Of a stretch of DNA of 64,000 nucleotides, positions 10,229 through 20,119 are shown piece by piece. The stretch comes from a virus (taxonomy: Duplodnaviria > Heunggongvirae > Uroviricota > Caudoviricetes). A program made the translations under genes and the position numbers. Below the pieces are notes generated by a model that saw nothing but the letters and a program-made list of their open reading frames with translations, searched no databases and had not been told where the DNA came from. Position 1 is the stretch's first letter, and each line of letters begins with the position of its first letter. The stretch lies in the IMG/VR virus record IMGVR_UViG_2778261224_000007, one strand, 5' to 3'.

Positions 10229-11110
10229 TCAGCGTCCTGAATCGGTATACCCCCATACAAAACCAGGTTGGACACTAAGGTCTGATAGCTTTTCAATCCC
10301 CACCTGTGGAATGAAGTCGGTAGCCCGAAAGGGCACCCACAGACGGGTATATGCACCCTCTGTGGACTCCTTTTTATCCTGATTTGGGCATTTATGCGGC
10401 GGGAGACGAAGACGCATTTCACCTTTATCGATGTAGCACGGCAAACCATGTTCGAGCTTTTCATGAGCCAGTCGGATGTGTGCCGCCAGCTTCATAAATT
10501 CAGTATCAATGGCCATCCGTTTGATCGTTTCATAACGACGCTCAGCCTGCTCTTCACGAGTACCGCTAACATCGTTATAAAGTTCACACTGATAAGCGAA
10601 TTCCCAAAAACGCAAATCAACGATCGCTTCTTTGAATTCCGCGTCGTCTTCAGGTGGCAATGCTGCACGGCGCATCTCCAGCATTTCCATTGCCCAACCA
10701 TCAAGCGGCACGATACGCCATTGATAAGGCACTCCCTCTACAGACACCTCAATATCGTCAATGAAAGGTTCCACTTCCAGGACCTGGATATCTTCAGCCA
10801 GAGCATTCATATCGCAATCGTAATAATGCTCTTTACCGCAATGTTTACAGGTGTAGGTGAATGTCTCGACCGGTGTTTCACGGGAGCCGGTAAATATCCA
10901 CCATAACGCGGTAATCCGGTCCTGCGCCGTCCATGTCAGGGGATCATGTTTCGCGGGTTCAGCCAGCAAGGCTTTTAAATACGCCGTTGTCTGTTGTTCT
11001 TGTTCCTCCGGTGTTATCGAGTTAAAACGCATCGCATCAGCAATATTTGGCTGACGGAACTGGATCAATTCAGTTGGCCGCGATGGTAGCGGGAAAAGAG
11101 GTAAAAGCAT
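10229..11110 (-). CDS. tail morphogenesis protein (P1 PmgB-like by position)
   Basis: 293-aa ORF upstream of sit. Confidence 0.45.
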   Translation of the reverse strand: MLLPLFPLPSRPTELIQFRQPNIADAMRFNSITPEEQEQQTTAYLKALLAEPAKHDPLTWTAQDRITALWWIFTGSRETPVETFTYTCKHCGKEHYYDCDMNALAEDIQVLEVEPFIDDIEVSVEGVPYQWRIVPLDGWAMEMLEMRRAALPPEDDAEFKEAIVDLRFWEFAYQCELYNDVSGTREEQAERRYETIKRMAIDTEFMKLAAHIRLAHEKLEHGLPCYIDKGEMRLRLPPHKCPNQDKKESTEGAYTRLWVPFRATDFIPQVGIEKLSDLSVQPGFVWGYTDSGR

Positions 11111-11124
11111 CCTTGCTCCTTAAT

Positions 11125-11736
11125 TCAAAGAGAAAAGCTAAAGCCCAGAAGGGAAGCCAAAGAACTTGAGGATTGGTTAAACGTGCTGTGCAATGCGAAG
11201 GTCATTGGGAATGACTTAAATTCCGTAACCTGATCCCGCGCATAGGTGACATCGCCGGTAGTGACAGGGAATACAGTCATCTCATTTTCCAGTTTGGTTA
11301 AACCGGAGGACAGCAACCGATAAATACGCACATTGAGCAAATATTTAGATGGTATGTTCCCGGTGCCGTCAGGATTGATCACCCGACTTTTTGCCGTCTT
11401 AAACCAGTCCAAAACGAGGCCATCAACGGTATCCCTAACCATCATTGTTATCTGCCCTGGCGAACGCTCCGTTGGTTGAAGGATATTCCCTCCGCCGATT
11501 TTAATCGTTTCATATTCGATGCTGTAATCGTGGTAGGTAATATCTTTGGCAAAGAAGTCTGCCCCCTCCAGTCCATCAACTTCGACAGAGAACTGCCATC
11601 CTTGCGCGAACAGCATTTTGTTCATGATGATTGACGTCAGCTTACCAACTTCCCGCTCACCAACGCCGGAGCCAAATAATGTCGTCGTTAATGCCGAAGA
11701 TACATAAGACTTTACTGAAGCAACATTAAACCCCAT
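11125..11736 (-). CDS. putative tail tube protein (P1 Tub-like by position)
   Basis: 203-aa ORF in the tail operon. Confidence 0.4.
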   Translation of the reverse strand: MGFNVASVKSYVSSALTTTLFGSGVGEREVGKLTSIIMNKMLFAQGWQFSVEVDGLEGADFFAKDITYHDYSIEYETIKIGGGNILQPTERSPGQITMMVRDTVDGLVLDWFKTAKSRVINPDGTGNIPSKYLLNVRIYRLLSSGLTKLENEMTVFPVTTGDVTYARDQVTEFKSFPMTFALHSTFNQSSSSLASLLGFSFSL

Positions 11737-11746
11737 ATCAGCTCCC

Positions 11747-12337
<591 letters not shown>

Positions 12338-12457
12338 TTAACCGATTCTACGAGTAGTCATTTGTTCATCGTGTAACAATATTGCCATTGGATAAAATAA
12401 CTACAGCGCCCACAAACGGGCGCATTCTGTACATGACTTGAGATATATTATGTTGCA

Positions 12458-13240
12458 TTAAAGCTTTTCAAGATAATCAGCCAAGCCTTTCGCATTATCG
12501 GCATAGTATTTTGTTGCATTTACTATTATTGACTCATAATACGATTTGCATTCTTTCTTCCATGGAGTGCACGAATTTATTTTTTCCATATCGTTTTTAT
12601 TTTTAGAAATACCAACAAGCATAATGTACCCGATAAATCTTGTTGTCAACGCGCCAATCGGTAGCGTTCTATTCTCGGCTACTGTCTTTATTAAATTATC
12701 TTTATATTGAGGAATGAAATAGTTACCAACATATTCCAGATTTGCTTCAATAGGATTAAGATAGAATGAGCAATACTGAAAAGTGGGAATTTGTCTAAAT
12801 TTAACACCAGAACATAATGAATAAATTTCTTGTTCTTTTGTTAGTTCTTTTACTATGTGACTGTTGTCAGTCGTATCTTCTAATCTTATATAGTTCAAAG
12901 ACGATTTTGCTTGTCCTGGGCTTACAAGCTCAATAACAGGATGCCCATTAGACAATGTTATTCTTTCGATCTTACCCCGAATTCTAGAAGTTTGACTCCA
13001 TTCATCTAAGGCTGCTATTTCATTTTTCTTGAATGAATCAACAATATCTGATGGCAAGCTAAAAACAGTAGCTTTCGTATTCATAGTATATGCAAGCGAA
13101 GCAGATACCATATAGTTTCTGACTAAATTATAGTCCTTCTCGGAAACAGAATACTCATTAGGAATAGCTATTGAATTTGCAAATGAATAGCTGCTAACAA
13201 AAGCAAACGGCAACAATAGTTTAAACATTAATTTTTTCAC
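12458..13240 (-). CDS. secreted protein with N-terminal signal peptide, candidate superinfection-exclusion factor (sim-like position)
   Basis: 260 aa; MKKLMFKLLLPFAFVSSYSFANS signal sequence; lies between tail genes and the c4/icd/ant region where P1 carries sim. Confidence 0.5.
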   Translation of the reverse strand: MKKLMFKLLLPFAFVSSYSFANSIAIPNEYSVSEKDYNLVRNYMVSASLAYTMNTKATVFSLPSDIVDSFKKNEIAALDEWSQTSRIRGKIERITLSNGHPVIELVSPGQAKSSLNYIRLEDTTDNSHIVKELTKEQEIYSLCSGVKFRQIPTFQYCSFYLNPIEANLEYVGNYFIPQYKDNLIKTVAENRTLPIGALTTRFIGYIMLVGISKNKNDMEKINSCTPWKKECKSYYESIIVNATKYYADNAKGLADYLEKL

Positions 13241-13269
13241 TTATCACTATCCTTCGAATATCTTTACAT

Positions 13270-13908
13270 TTAAAGCCCGTCTTTGCAGAGACTAGTTGCC
13301 GTAGCGGTAAGTTGTGAAACAGGAATGTTAGGGCTGTCCCGTTTCATTAGAGCTAACTTAGTTTCAACACATTTTTTTATTCCAGGGGGCAAATTATCAG
13401 TATCATTTGTATCAGCGATCCCTAAAGCCCTCCGCTCAAGCGCACCTTGAGTATTTTGAGTACGCATGCCACGCGCATTCAGAAATTGTTCGCTATTTAT
13501 ATAGCTACTTAAAGATTTTCCTTGGTCTTCTTTGCGAATTTTTCCATTAGCCACTAATACAGCCCAACTAGGAATCATCATATCTGGTGCAGTTTCACAA
13601 TACGCTACCATCTGATTAAAAGCCGAACGGTTATATTCATTAAGATTAGGATTAAGAAATTTCGAATAATACATTTTTGCAGCGTCATCTGTCGCAACCT
13701 TATACATTTCTTGCTGAACCATTGCTTCAGACAAACTTAAGCGTGTCATATCATTCTGGAGAGCTTTTTTCATTTTGCCGTCCTGACTGACAGTGAAACC
13801 GTAAACGTGCCCAAGGTATTTCGTATAATCTGTACAAATCTCCTTTACACTTGATGCTGCATTAACAGTCCCAGCCATAAATAATAACGGTAGTAATAGT
13901 TTTCTCAT
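13270..13908 (-). CDS. secreted protein with signal peptide (sim-like position)
   Basis: Likely start MRKLLLPLLFMAGTVNAAS; about 212 aa. Confidence 0.5.
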   Translation of the reverse strand: MRKLLLPLLFMAGTVNAASSVKEICTDYTKYLGHVYGFTVSQDGKMKKALQNDMTRLSLSEAMVQQEMYKVATDDAAKMYYSKFLNPNLNEYNRSAFNQMVAYCETAPDMMIPSWAVLVANGKIRKEDQGKSLSSYINSEQFLNARGMRTQNTQGALERRALGIADTNDTDNLPPGIKKCVETKLALMKRDSPNIPVSQLTATATSLCKDGL

Positions 13909-14004
13909 TAAAACCTCACCTGCCTTATACCCCATTTAGGGTACATATTTTCGCCTTTAAAAAAAAGAGGTTATTAGATCCATTTGTGTATTTATTATAC
14001 AATT

Positions 14005-14021
14005 AATGCTCTAATAAATTT
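14005..14021 (+). promoter_or_regulatory. C1 repressor operator-like site (AATGCTCTAATAAATTT) upstream of the c4/icd/ant operon
   Basis: 16/17 match to recalled P1 C1 operator consensus ATTGCTCTAATAAATTT. Confidence 0.7.
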
Positions 14022-14199
14022 GTATTTTTAAGTCGCGAATGCTATCTTTTCGCATCATATTGACCTTTTAATCGTTCAGGCTTATAGTTCCGCCGTCGTA
14101 GCAAATTCTGCGACCGGGTTTGACAGCCTGAATGTTAGTGCGGACAACCGCTGATTTCCGATATTGCGGTATTTTTGTGTCCGTAAACCGCGTTACGCC

Positions 14200-14300
14200 C
14201 GAATTATGGTGGGGCGTGATGGGGAGGCTTCGGCCTGCTGGTTTCACTAACGCCAGTCTGTCAACCCTGTCACGTCCTGCCACCTGTTTGACAGCGGGTA
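14200..14300 (+). ncRNA. candidate c4-like antisense RNA / target region upstream of icd (boundaries approximate)
   Basis: Non-coding, GC-rich, UUCG-loop hairpin 14225-14236, internally complementary 7-mers CTGTCAA (14258-14264) and TTGACAG (14288-14294); position matches P1 c4. Confidence 0.35.
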
Positions 14301-14334
14301 GCAGGTTGTTAAACCTGTTAGTGAGGCCGTAACT

Positions 14335-14556
14335 ATGGTTAATGCCAATCCTTGCACACGCCAAGAATTCATCTGGCGTTTCTATTCCTGTAAAAAACAC
14401 CACTATCACTTCGTTATCGCAGCAACTGAAGACGAAGCACGCTCTCAATTGCCTGATGGCCCCTGCATTTTTACTGCCCGTTTTTCTACTAACTCGCGCA
14501 ATTCACTTAGTTACTGGAACCTCCCCTTCTCTGCCGACGTTCAGGGGGTTTTATGA
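14335..14556 (+). CDS. icd: Icd-like small protein (interference with cell division)
   Basis: 73 aa, translationally coupled (ATGA) to the downstream antirepressor as in P1 immI. Confidence 0.55.
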   Translation: MVNANPCTRQEFIWRFYSCKKHHYHFVIAATEDEARSQLPDGPCIFTARFSTNSRNSLSYWNLPFSADVQGVL

Positions 14557-15938
14557 AAAAACCTCTCGTCACCCGTAATGAAATTGCCGAAGCGATCGCT
14601 TTGCATACAACCTGTATGCCGACACGGGAGATCCCCGGCGCAATTGCCAACTATTTCATGATAACCAGACGTTTTTATACCCGAACAGATAAGGCGGTGA
14701 TCAACAGGCTACTGATAGCCGAGATCAGGGATTATTTGATTGAACAAGGACGTCTACGTTACGCAACAGTGGCAGCAGAAATGAGAAAGGAGGCACATAG
14801 AATGACCAGTAATAATTTGAATGTTAAAAAACCAGCATCTGTTGCTTCAGCTACGCCATCACCAGCTGTGAATGTCATCCCCACCACCGGAGACACAATC
14901 GACAGCCTGACACTGTTAAAGATGGTCAATGAAGCGCGTAAGTTATGTGGGGAACCAGAGGTTCGGAACAACAAATTCATCGAAAAAATACTCGATGAGC
15001 TTGATGGTGAGCACTACACAAAAAGTGTAGTGGAAAAAATGAACAGAACATCAATGCTTGTCATAACCATGACCTACAAACAAGCCCTGCGAGTTGCCGC
15101 ACGCGAATCAAAAGCGGTCCGCCGTTCGCTACATACCATGATTCAGTCATTGGAACCTATAAATGTAGAAAATCAGCCTGATGAAATTCCCGTTCTGGAA
15201 TGGCAGGGAGTACGCGTCGTGACAACCGAGACTCTTGCTAGAGGGTATGGCACTACACCTATTCGTATTCAGCAGAACTACAATCGCAATGAAGAACGAT
15301 TTGTAGAGGGTAAACACTTCTTTAAAATCAAAGGAGATGAGATAAAAAGTTTGCGACTATCTTTTAGCGAGTTGCAAATTTCCCCCAAGACCAGATCCTT
15401 AATACTCTGGACCGAACGCGGAGCGGCACGCATGTCTAAGATCGTAGACACAGAGCAAGCGTGGGCATTCTTTGAAAAACTGGAAGACAGCTACTTCCGG
15501 CAAAAAGAACAGCAACCGGTCACAATCCCCCAAACATTACCAGAAGCTCTACGCCTGGCTGCCGAGTTGGCAGAGCAGAAAATGCAGTTGGAACAACAGC
15601 TGGTGGCCGCAGCCCCTAAAGTCGAGTTTGCCGACCGGGTATCAGTGGCCAATGGAATCCTGATCGGGAACTTTGCAAAGGTCGTTGGACTTAAGCAAAA
15701 CGCCCTTTTCTCATGGTTGCGCCAGAACGGCATTCTCATGGCTTTTGGTGCGCGCAAAAACGTACCGCGCCAGCAGTACATTAACGCCGGGTATTTCACG
15801 GTGAAAGAAGTGGTGCTGGATGATGAAAATGGCTATCAGATACGGCTGACGCCCCAATTAACGGGTAAAGGCCAACAGTGGTTAACTCGCAAGCTACTTG
15901 ATGCTGGTTTGTTAAAACCAGTGGCGTCCTTGTCTTAA
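14553..15938 (+). CDS. ant: antirepressor Ant with C-terminal KilA-C type domain
   Basis: 461 aa; C-terminal region homologous to the KilA C-terminal domain (LPEALRLAAELAEQK...GKGQQWL). Confidence 0.75.
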   Translation: MKKPLVTRNEIAEAIALHTTCMPTREIPGAIANYFMITRRFYTRTDKAVINRLLIAEIRDYLIEQGRLRYATVAAEMRKEAHRMTSNNLNVKKPASVASATPSPAVNVIPTTGDTIDSLTLLKMVNEARKLCGEPEVRNNKFIEKILDELDGEHYTKSVVEKMNRTSMLVITMTYKQALRVAARESKAVRRSLHTMIQSLEPINVENQPDEIPVLEWQGVRVVTTETLARGYGTTPIRIQQNYNRNEERFVEGKHFFKIKGDEIKSLRLSFSELQISPKTRSLILWTERGAARMSKIVDTEQAWAFFEKLEDSYFRQKEQQPVTIPQTLPEALRLAAELAEQKMQLEQQLVAAAPKVEFADRVSVANGILIGNFAKVVGLKQNALFSWLRQNGILMAFGARKNVPRQQYINAGYFTVKEVVLDDENGYQIRLTPQLTGKGQQWLTRKLLDAGLLKPVASLS

Positions 15939-16114
15939 CGTATTCAGACCAGGATTTGCCATAAATTACAGGCATGTGTACGATATGCCCAACCCTGTTT
16001 TTCAGGGGAGGCGCAACGTTATGCGGGGGTTATGAACTCCTGGATGCGTAGCCTCCAGACAGAAAAAACCCTCGCTACAACGTTGCATGGAGGCAACCAG
16101 CGAGGGCATTCCTT

Positions 16115-16177
16115 ATGTCTGAACAACAAGAGGATAGCCGCAAGCAGTTGCTGTTGCAAGTATGCGGAGCTTCGTAA
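16115..16177 (+). CDS. possible 20-aa leader ORF
   Basis: GAGGG RBS 8 nt upstream; stop overlaps start of next small ORF (TAATG). Confidence 0.15.
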   Translation: MSEQQEDSRKQLLLQVCGAS

Positions 16178-16293
16178 TGACTCTTCAAAAAGCTTGCAAG
16201 TGGATTGTGACCAACATCATTGTTCCTGTCATCATCGGAGCTTCAAGTTCTGTGTTGGCATCAGTGATTGCCTCACTTCTCCACATTGCATAA
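16177..16293 (+). CDS. possible 38-aa hydrophobic peptide (MTLQKACKWIVTNIIVPVIIGASSSVLASVIASLLHIA)
   Basis: GGAG RBS 7 nt upstream; single predicted TM helix; followed by strong terminator. Confidence 0.2.
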   Translation: MTLQKACKWIVTNIIVPVIIGASSSVLASVIASLLHIA

Positions 16294-16347
16294 CAACATT
16301 GAAGGGCGTTAGTTCGCAGTGTAACAGCAGCGCGTTGCGCCCGAACA

Positions 16348-16382
16348 GGCCACAGGGTAAAACCTGTGGCCTTTTTCGTTTT
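16348..16382 (+). terminator. intrinsic terminator (9-bp GC-rich stem GGCCACAGG/CCTGTGGCC followed by a T-run)
   Basis: Perfect hairpin plus TTTTTCGTTTT. Confidence 0.7.
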
Positions 16383-16491
16383 ATCCAGCCACAAATCCAC
16401 ATTGAAAAACGCCTTATACAAAAAAACCTGCCAGCAAACTGGCAGGTTTCTGAGCAGATCGACCAACCCGATCTGGATCGAGTCAGAAAAA

Positions 16492-16508
16492 TTTGCTCTA
16501 ATAAATTT
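16492..16508 (+). promoter_or_regulatory. C1 operator-like site (TTTGCTCTAATAAATTT) upstream of kilA
   Basis: 16/17 match to consensus. Confidence 0.7.
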
Positions 16509-16577
16509 CGTTTTCTAAGTGCAAAGAATCACCATTTCGAGCTGGTGATTGAAGGTTGATGCAAATTTGGAGAAAAA

Positions 16578-17378
16578 ATGCAACAAACATTCAATGCGGA
16601 TATGAATATATCAAACCTTCATCAAAATGTCGATCCTTCAACCACTCTGCCCGTTATTTGTGGTGTTGAAATTACGACCGACCGCGCTGGCCGTTACAAC
16701 CTTAATGCTCTACACAGAGCGAGCGGACTCGGTGCCCATAAAGCGCCAGCTCAATGGCTAAGAACGCTGTCAGCCAAACAGCTCATCGAAGAGCTTGAAA
16801 AAGAAACTATGCAGAAGTGCATAGTTTCGTTCGAAGGCCGTGGCGGCGGCACTTTTGCCCATGAATTGCTCGCTGTGGAGTACGCAGGCTGGATTTCTCC
16901 CGCATTTCGGCTGAAGGTAAACCAGACATTTATCGACTATCGAGCCGGAAGATTACAACCTGCTATTCCGCAGAGTCTCCCTGAAGCTCTCCGTTTGGCT
17001 GCCGACCTGGCAGAGCAAAAGCAACGGCTGGAGCAAAAAATGCTTATGGATGCACCTAAAGTCGAATTCGCCGAACGCGTTGCTACCGCCAGCGGGGTTC
17101 TAATCGGCAACTATGCCAAAGTGCTCGGCCTGGGCCAAAACTATCTCTTCACCTGGTTGCGTGATAACGGAATTCTGATCGCAACCGGTGAACGCAGGAA
17201 CGTCCCCAAACAAGAATACATATCCCGTGGGTACTTCACCCTCAAAGAAACCGTGATCGACACAAGCAACGGAAGCAGGATTTCTTTCACGACTCGTATA
17301 ACCGGCAAAGGTCAGCAGTGGCTAATGAAGCGATTGCTTGATGCTGGTGTGCTGGTACCTGTCGCAGCTACGCGCTAA
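16578..17378 (+). CDS. kilA: KilA-like protein (KilA-N/KilA-C)
   Basis: 266 aa; C-terminal half closely related to the Ant C-terminus; followed by repL-like gene as in P1. Confidence 0.7.
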   Translation: MQQTFNADMNISNLHQNVDPSTTLPVICGVEITTDRAGRYNLNALHRASGLGAHKAPAQWLRTLSAKQLIEELEKETMQKCIVSFEGRGGGTFAHELLAVEYAGWISPAFRLKVNQTFIDYRAGRLQPAIPQSLPEALRLAADLAEQKQRLEQKMLMDAPKVEFAERVATASGVLIGNYAKVLGLGQNYLFTWLRDNGILIATGERRNVPKQEYISRGYFTLKETVIDTSNGSRISFTTRITGKGQQWLMKRLLDAGVLVPVAATR

Positions 17379-17407
17379 CAGACGTAGTAAAAACCACCAG
17401 CATTGCA

Positions 17408-18250
17408 ATGCTGGCTAAAGTCACTTTCCTGAGCTGTATAACGATGAGCGATTTTACTTTTTCTGGCTATGAATTAGCCTGCTTTGTAACACACTCCGGT
17501 CTATCCCGTAGTGCTGGGCATATCCTGTCGCAATGTGCAAATCTCGCGGCAACAACCAGTGAATACTTCATTCACAAGCCTCACCGCATGATCGCGGCAG
17601 AAACTGGTTATAGCCAATCAACCGTCGTTCGCGCATTCCGTGAAGCTGTAAACAAAGGAATCCTGTCGGTAGAGATTATTATCGGCGATCACCGTGAACG
17701 CCGCGCTAACCTGTACCGGTTTACACCATCCTTTTTAGCCTTTGCTCAACAAGCCAAAAATGCGCTAATTGAAAGCAAATTAAAGATCTCTTCAGCCGCA
17801 ATAAAGGTTAAAGCTGTTCTCGCTAAGACATTGGCTTTATTTGATTTTTTATCCACACCCCCATGTCAAAATGATACCCCCTCCCCCTGTCAGGATGACG
17901 TGGCAATAAAGAATAAGAAGTCACAAATTAAAAAAACAAAAAGATCAGTTTCCGGCGGTGCCGGAACGACCAGGCTCAAAAATTTGACTTCCTGGATCGC
18001 TGAGGCAAAAGCAAAGGCTGACAATCTGCGGTTATCCAAAAAACGCGTTCAAAAACATGAGTTCAAGCAGAAAGTAGAGGCGGCAGCACGGAAATATGCT
18101 TACCTGAAGAACAAGCGTTCTCCTGATATGGGCGGGATATCAAACTTCGATAATCTGCCGCATTGCATGACGGTAAACGAGGCTCTGGATATGGTCCTAT
18201 CTACCAGAAAAGAAAAGGAATTTTATATTCCAACTGGTTTTCGCGGCTGA
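17408..18250 (+). CDS. repL: lytic replication initiator (RepL-like by position and size)
   Basis: 280 aa ORF immediately after kilA; basic Lys-rich central region. Confidence 0.5.
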   Translation: MLAKVTFLSCITMSDFTFSGYELACFVTHSGLSRSAGHILSQCANLAATTSEYFIHKPHRMIAAETGYSQSTVVRAFREAVNKGILSVEIIIGDHRERRANLYRFTPSFLAFAQQAKNALIESKLKISSAAIKVKAVLAKTLALFDFLSTPPCQNDTPSPCQDDVAIKNKKSQIKKTKRSVSGGAGTTRLKNLTSWIAEAKAKADNLRLSKKRVQKHEFKQKVEAAARKYAYLKNKRSPDMGGISNFDNLPHCMTVNEALDMVLSTRKEKEFYIPTGFRG

Positions 18251-18345
18251 TCGCGAATGATAGAATCTTTACGTGTATTTAACGCTCAATACACGCTATT
18301 TTGTCACCAGTATTATTTTTAACGTTTTTATAGGTAACTTTTTCC

Positions 18346-18861
18346 ATGAAAAAAGTAGTTTTAACGGCCCTTCTGGCATGTGCCTTGGGGGTTGCTGGGA
18401 CTGCCTCCGCATATCAGCACACTCTTTCTTTAGACTTTGCCCAAGGAAGCGCAACGATTAAAGGCGGAGATATAAAAGATCCAAAAGGCGTGAATATTAA
18501 ATATCGCTACGAAATGGATCCTACGTGGGGTGGATTAGCTTCGCTCACTTACGAAAAGTCAAACACAAACCTATGGAATGCCGCCAAAGCCAAGGTTGAG
18601 TATGCCTCATTTACTTTTGGTCCATCATACAGATTCAATGAATTGCTGAGTGCATACGGTTTGGTGGGTTTAAGCCATGCGGATGCAACAGCAAAACTGA
18701 ATGGACAGTCATATGCTGGCTTTGGAACCGATTTTGCTTATGGACTTGGGCTTCAATTTAACCCAGCTCCGCAGTTTGCAGTTGATCTCTCGTATGAACG
18801 TTCTAAACCAGGTGATCTAAGCAATAGCATTTGGATGCTTGGTGTCGGTTACCGATTTTAA
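18346..18861 (+). CDS. Ail/Lom/OmpX-family outer membrane beta-barrel protein
   Basis: 171 aa; signal peptide MKKVVLTALLACALGVAGTASA; alternating aromatic strands; C-terminal GVGYRF. Confidence 0.75.
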   Translation: MKKVVLTALLACALGVAGTASAYQHTLSLDFAQGSATIKGGDIKDPKGVNIKYRYEMDPTWGGLASLTYEKSNTNLWNAAKAKVEYASFTFGPSYRFNELLSAYGLVGLSHADATAKLNGQSYAGFGTDFAYGLGLQFNPAPQFAVDLSYERSKPGDLSNSIWMLGVGYRF

Positions 18862-18870
18862 CTATTTAGT

Positions 18871-18897
18871 CCCTCTGCCCGGCGCAGAGGGATTTAT
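18871..18897 (+). terminator. hairpin terminator after the Lom-like gene
   Basis: CCCTCTGC-CCGGC-GCAGAGGG hairpin; weak T-tract. Confidence 0.45.
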
Positions 18898-18920
18898 ACA
18901 TTGCTCTGGCGATATTCGTT

Positions 18921-19172
18921 ATGCTCATTGAGACTAACGCTATGACTATCCTGGTATCTATTCCCATCTATATACTAATCGGTGGGCTGATATACGCATT
19001 AAGTCGATATATTTTGCGAGCTAATGCAGAAATGGCCTGGTGGGATCGTTTTTGGATAATGATTTTTTTTGGCATATTCTGGCCATTAGGGATCATGTTT
19101 GCTGCAACGTTTCTTCTGATGTGGGTATTCACCCTTCCAGGTGATTTCTATAGAAATAGAGTCAAACGCTGA
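18921..19172 (+). CDS. small integral membrane protein
   Basis: 83 aa with 2-3 predicted TM segments. Confidence 0.4.
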   Translation: MLIETNAMTILVSIPIYILIGGLIYALSRYILRANAEMAWWDRFWIMIFFGIFWPLGIMFAATFLLMWVFTLPGDFYRNRVKR

Positions 19173-19351
19173 TGTAGCCGCAGCCGATGCCAAATACTAC
19201 GGAATTCAGGATTATCCCAAAATAGATAAAAGAAAGCCCCAGTAAACATTATGCGTCCCGCACAACGCTTAACATTAACCGGGGCCATACCTATGCTTAG
19301 CGTACTTAGATTAATCCTCTCCTCTGTCAAGGAGCAAGGAATTTTTTACTG

Positions 19352-19948
19352 CTATGCCGCCTTTCCAGTTATGGATTCTGCGACAAGAACAACCCCATGC
19401 TTACTTCGATCCGGATGTTCACTCCATATCTCGGATTCAGGAATACTTTTCCCGTCATAGCAAACACGTTCGCCATCAAATGGGTAATACTGAGCAGTAT
19501 CGGTGTCCAGGATAAAAACTTTTAGTTCAGAAGAACGACGAGCGATGTGCTGCCAAAGAGCCTTTCCGCCTTCGTATTGCTCATTGTCACTTAGCAAAAC
19601 AACTCCGGCTTTTGAAGCTACGGTTTCATAAACAAAAGTGGCTAAACCGACATCCCGGACGATTCCATCAACCACGATACCTTCAATCTGGGCAACATCG
19701 TTATCTTCCCAGAACTTCCTCACCAGTACGCCTTCAAGCTGTGGGCGACGTTGAAGTTCAAGAGTAGCGACAACCTTATGGCGCATATCACCATCGATAA
19801 CAGAAGGAGCAGCCTCTATTACGGCAGCAAATGGGGTTTTGGAATCCCATATAACCTGGTAAAGCACACCCTGGATGGTAACTCCGTCCAGGATCGAAAA
19901 TCGACGAGCGACAGTACCCGGGGAGTACGACATTGGAATCACAGCCAT
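19352..19948 (-). CDS. hypothetical protein (morphogenesis block)
   Basis: Start chosen at MAVIPMSYS with GGGGGA RBS; about 198 aa. Confidence 0.45.
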   Translation of the reverse strand: MAVIPMSYSPGTVARRFSILDGVTIQGVLYQVIWDSKTPFAAVIEAAPSVIDGDMRHKVVATLELQRRPQLEGVLVRKFWEDNDVAQIEGIVVDGIVRDVGLATFVYETVASKAGVVLLSDNEQYEGGKALWQHIARRSSELKVFILDTDTAQYYPFDGERVCYDGKSIPESEIWSEHPDRSKHGVVLVAESITGKAA

Positions 19949-20076
19949 TTTAGAGTCCCCCTTTAACAGTACAGGCACAAACATCTACCTCAATAATTGT
20001 AGTTTATTAGAACATTAATAATCTAACATAAAACTCCAGACAATGTTATCGATGCATTTTTATATAAAAAGGTTAT

Positions 20077-20098
20077 AAAAAAAGCTCCCGAAGGAGCT
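20077..20098 (-). terminator. intrinsic terminator for minus-strand transcripts
   Basis: AGCTCC-CGAA-GGAGCT hairpin with T-run on the minus strand. Confidence 0.6.
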
Positions 20099-20119
20099 TT
20101 AAAATACAAGGGATGACTC

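Noticed and set aside
16032-16559. 175-aa ORF between ant and kilA
   Set aside because: It runs through two hairpin terminators and an operator-like site with no RBS; probably non-coding.
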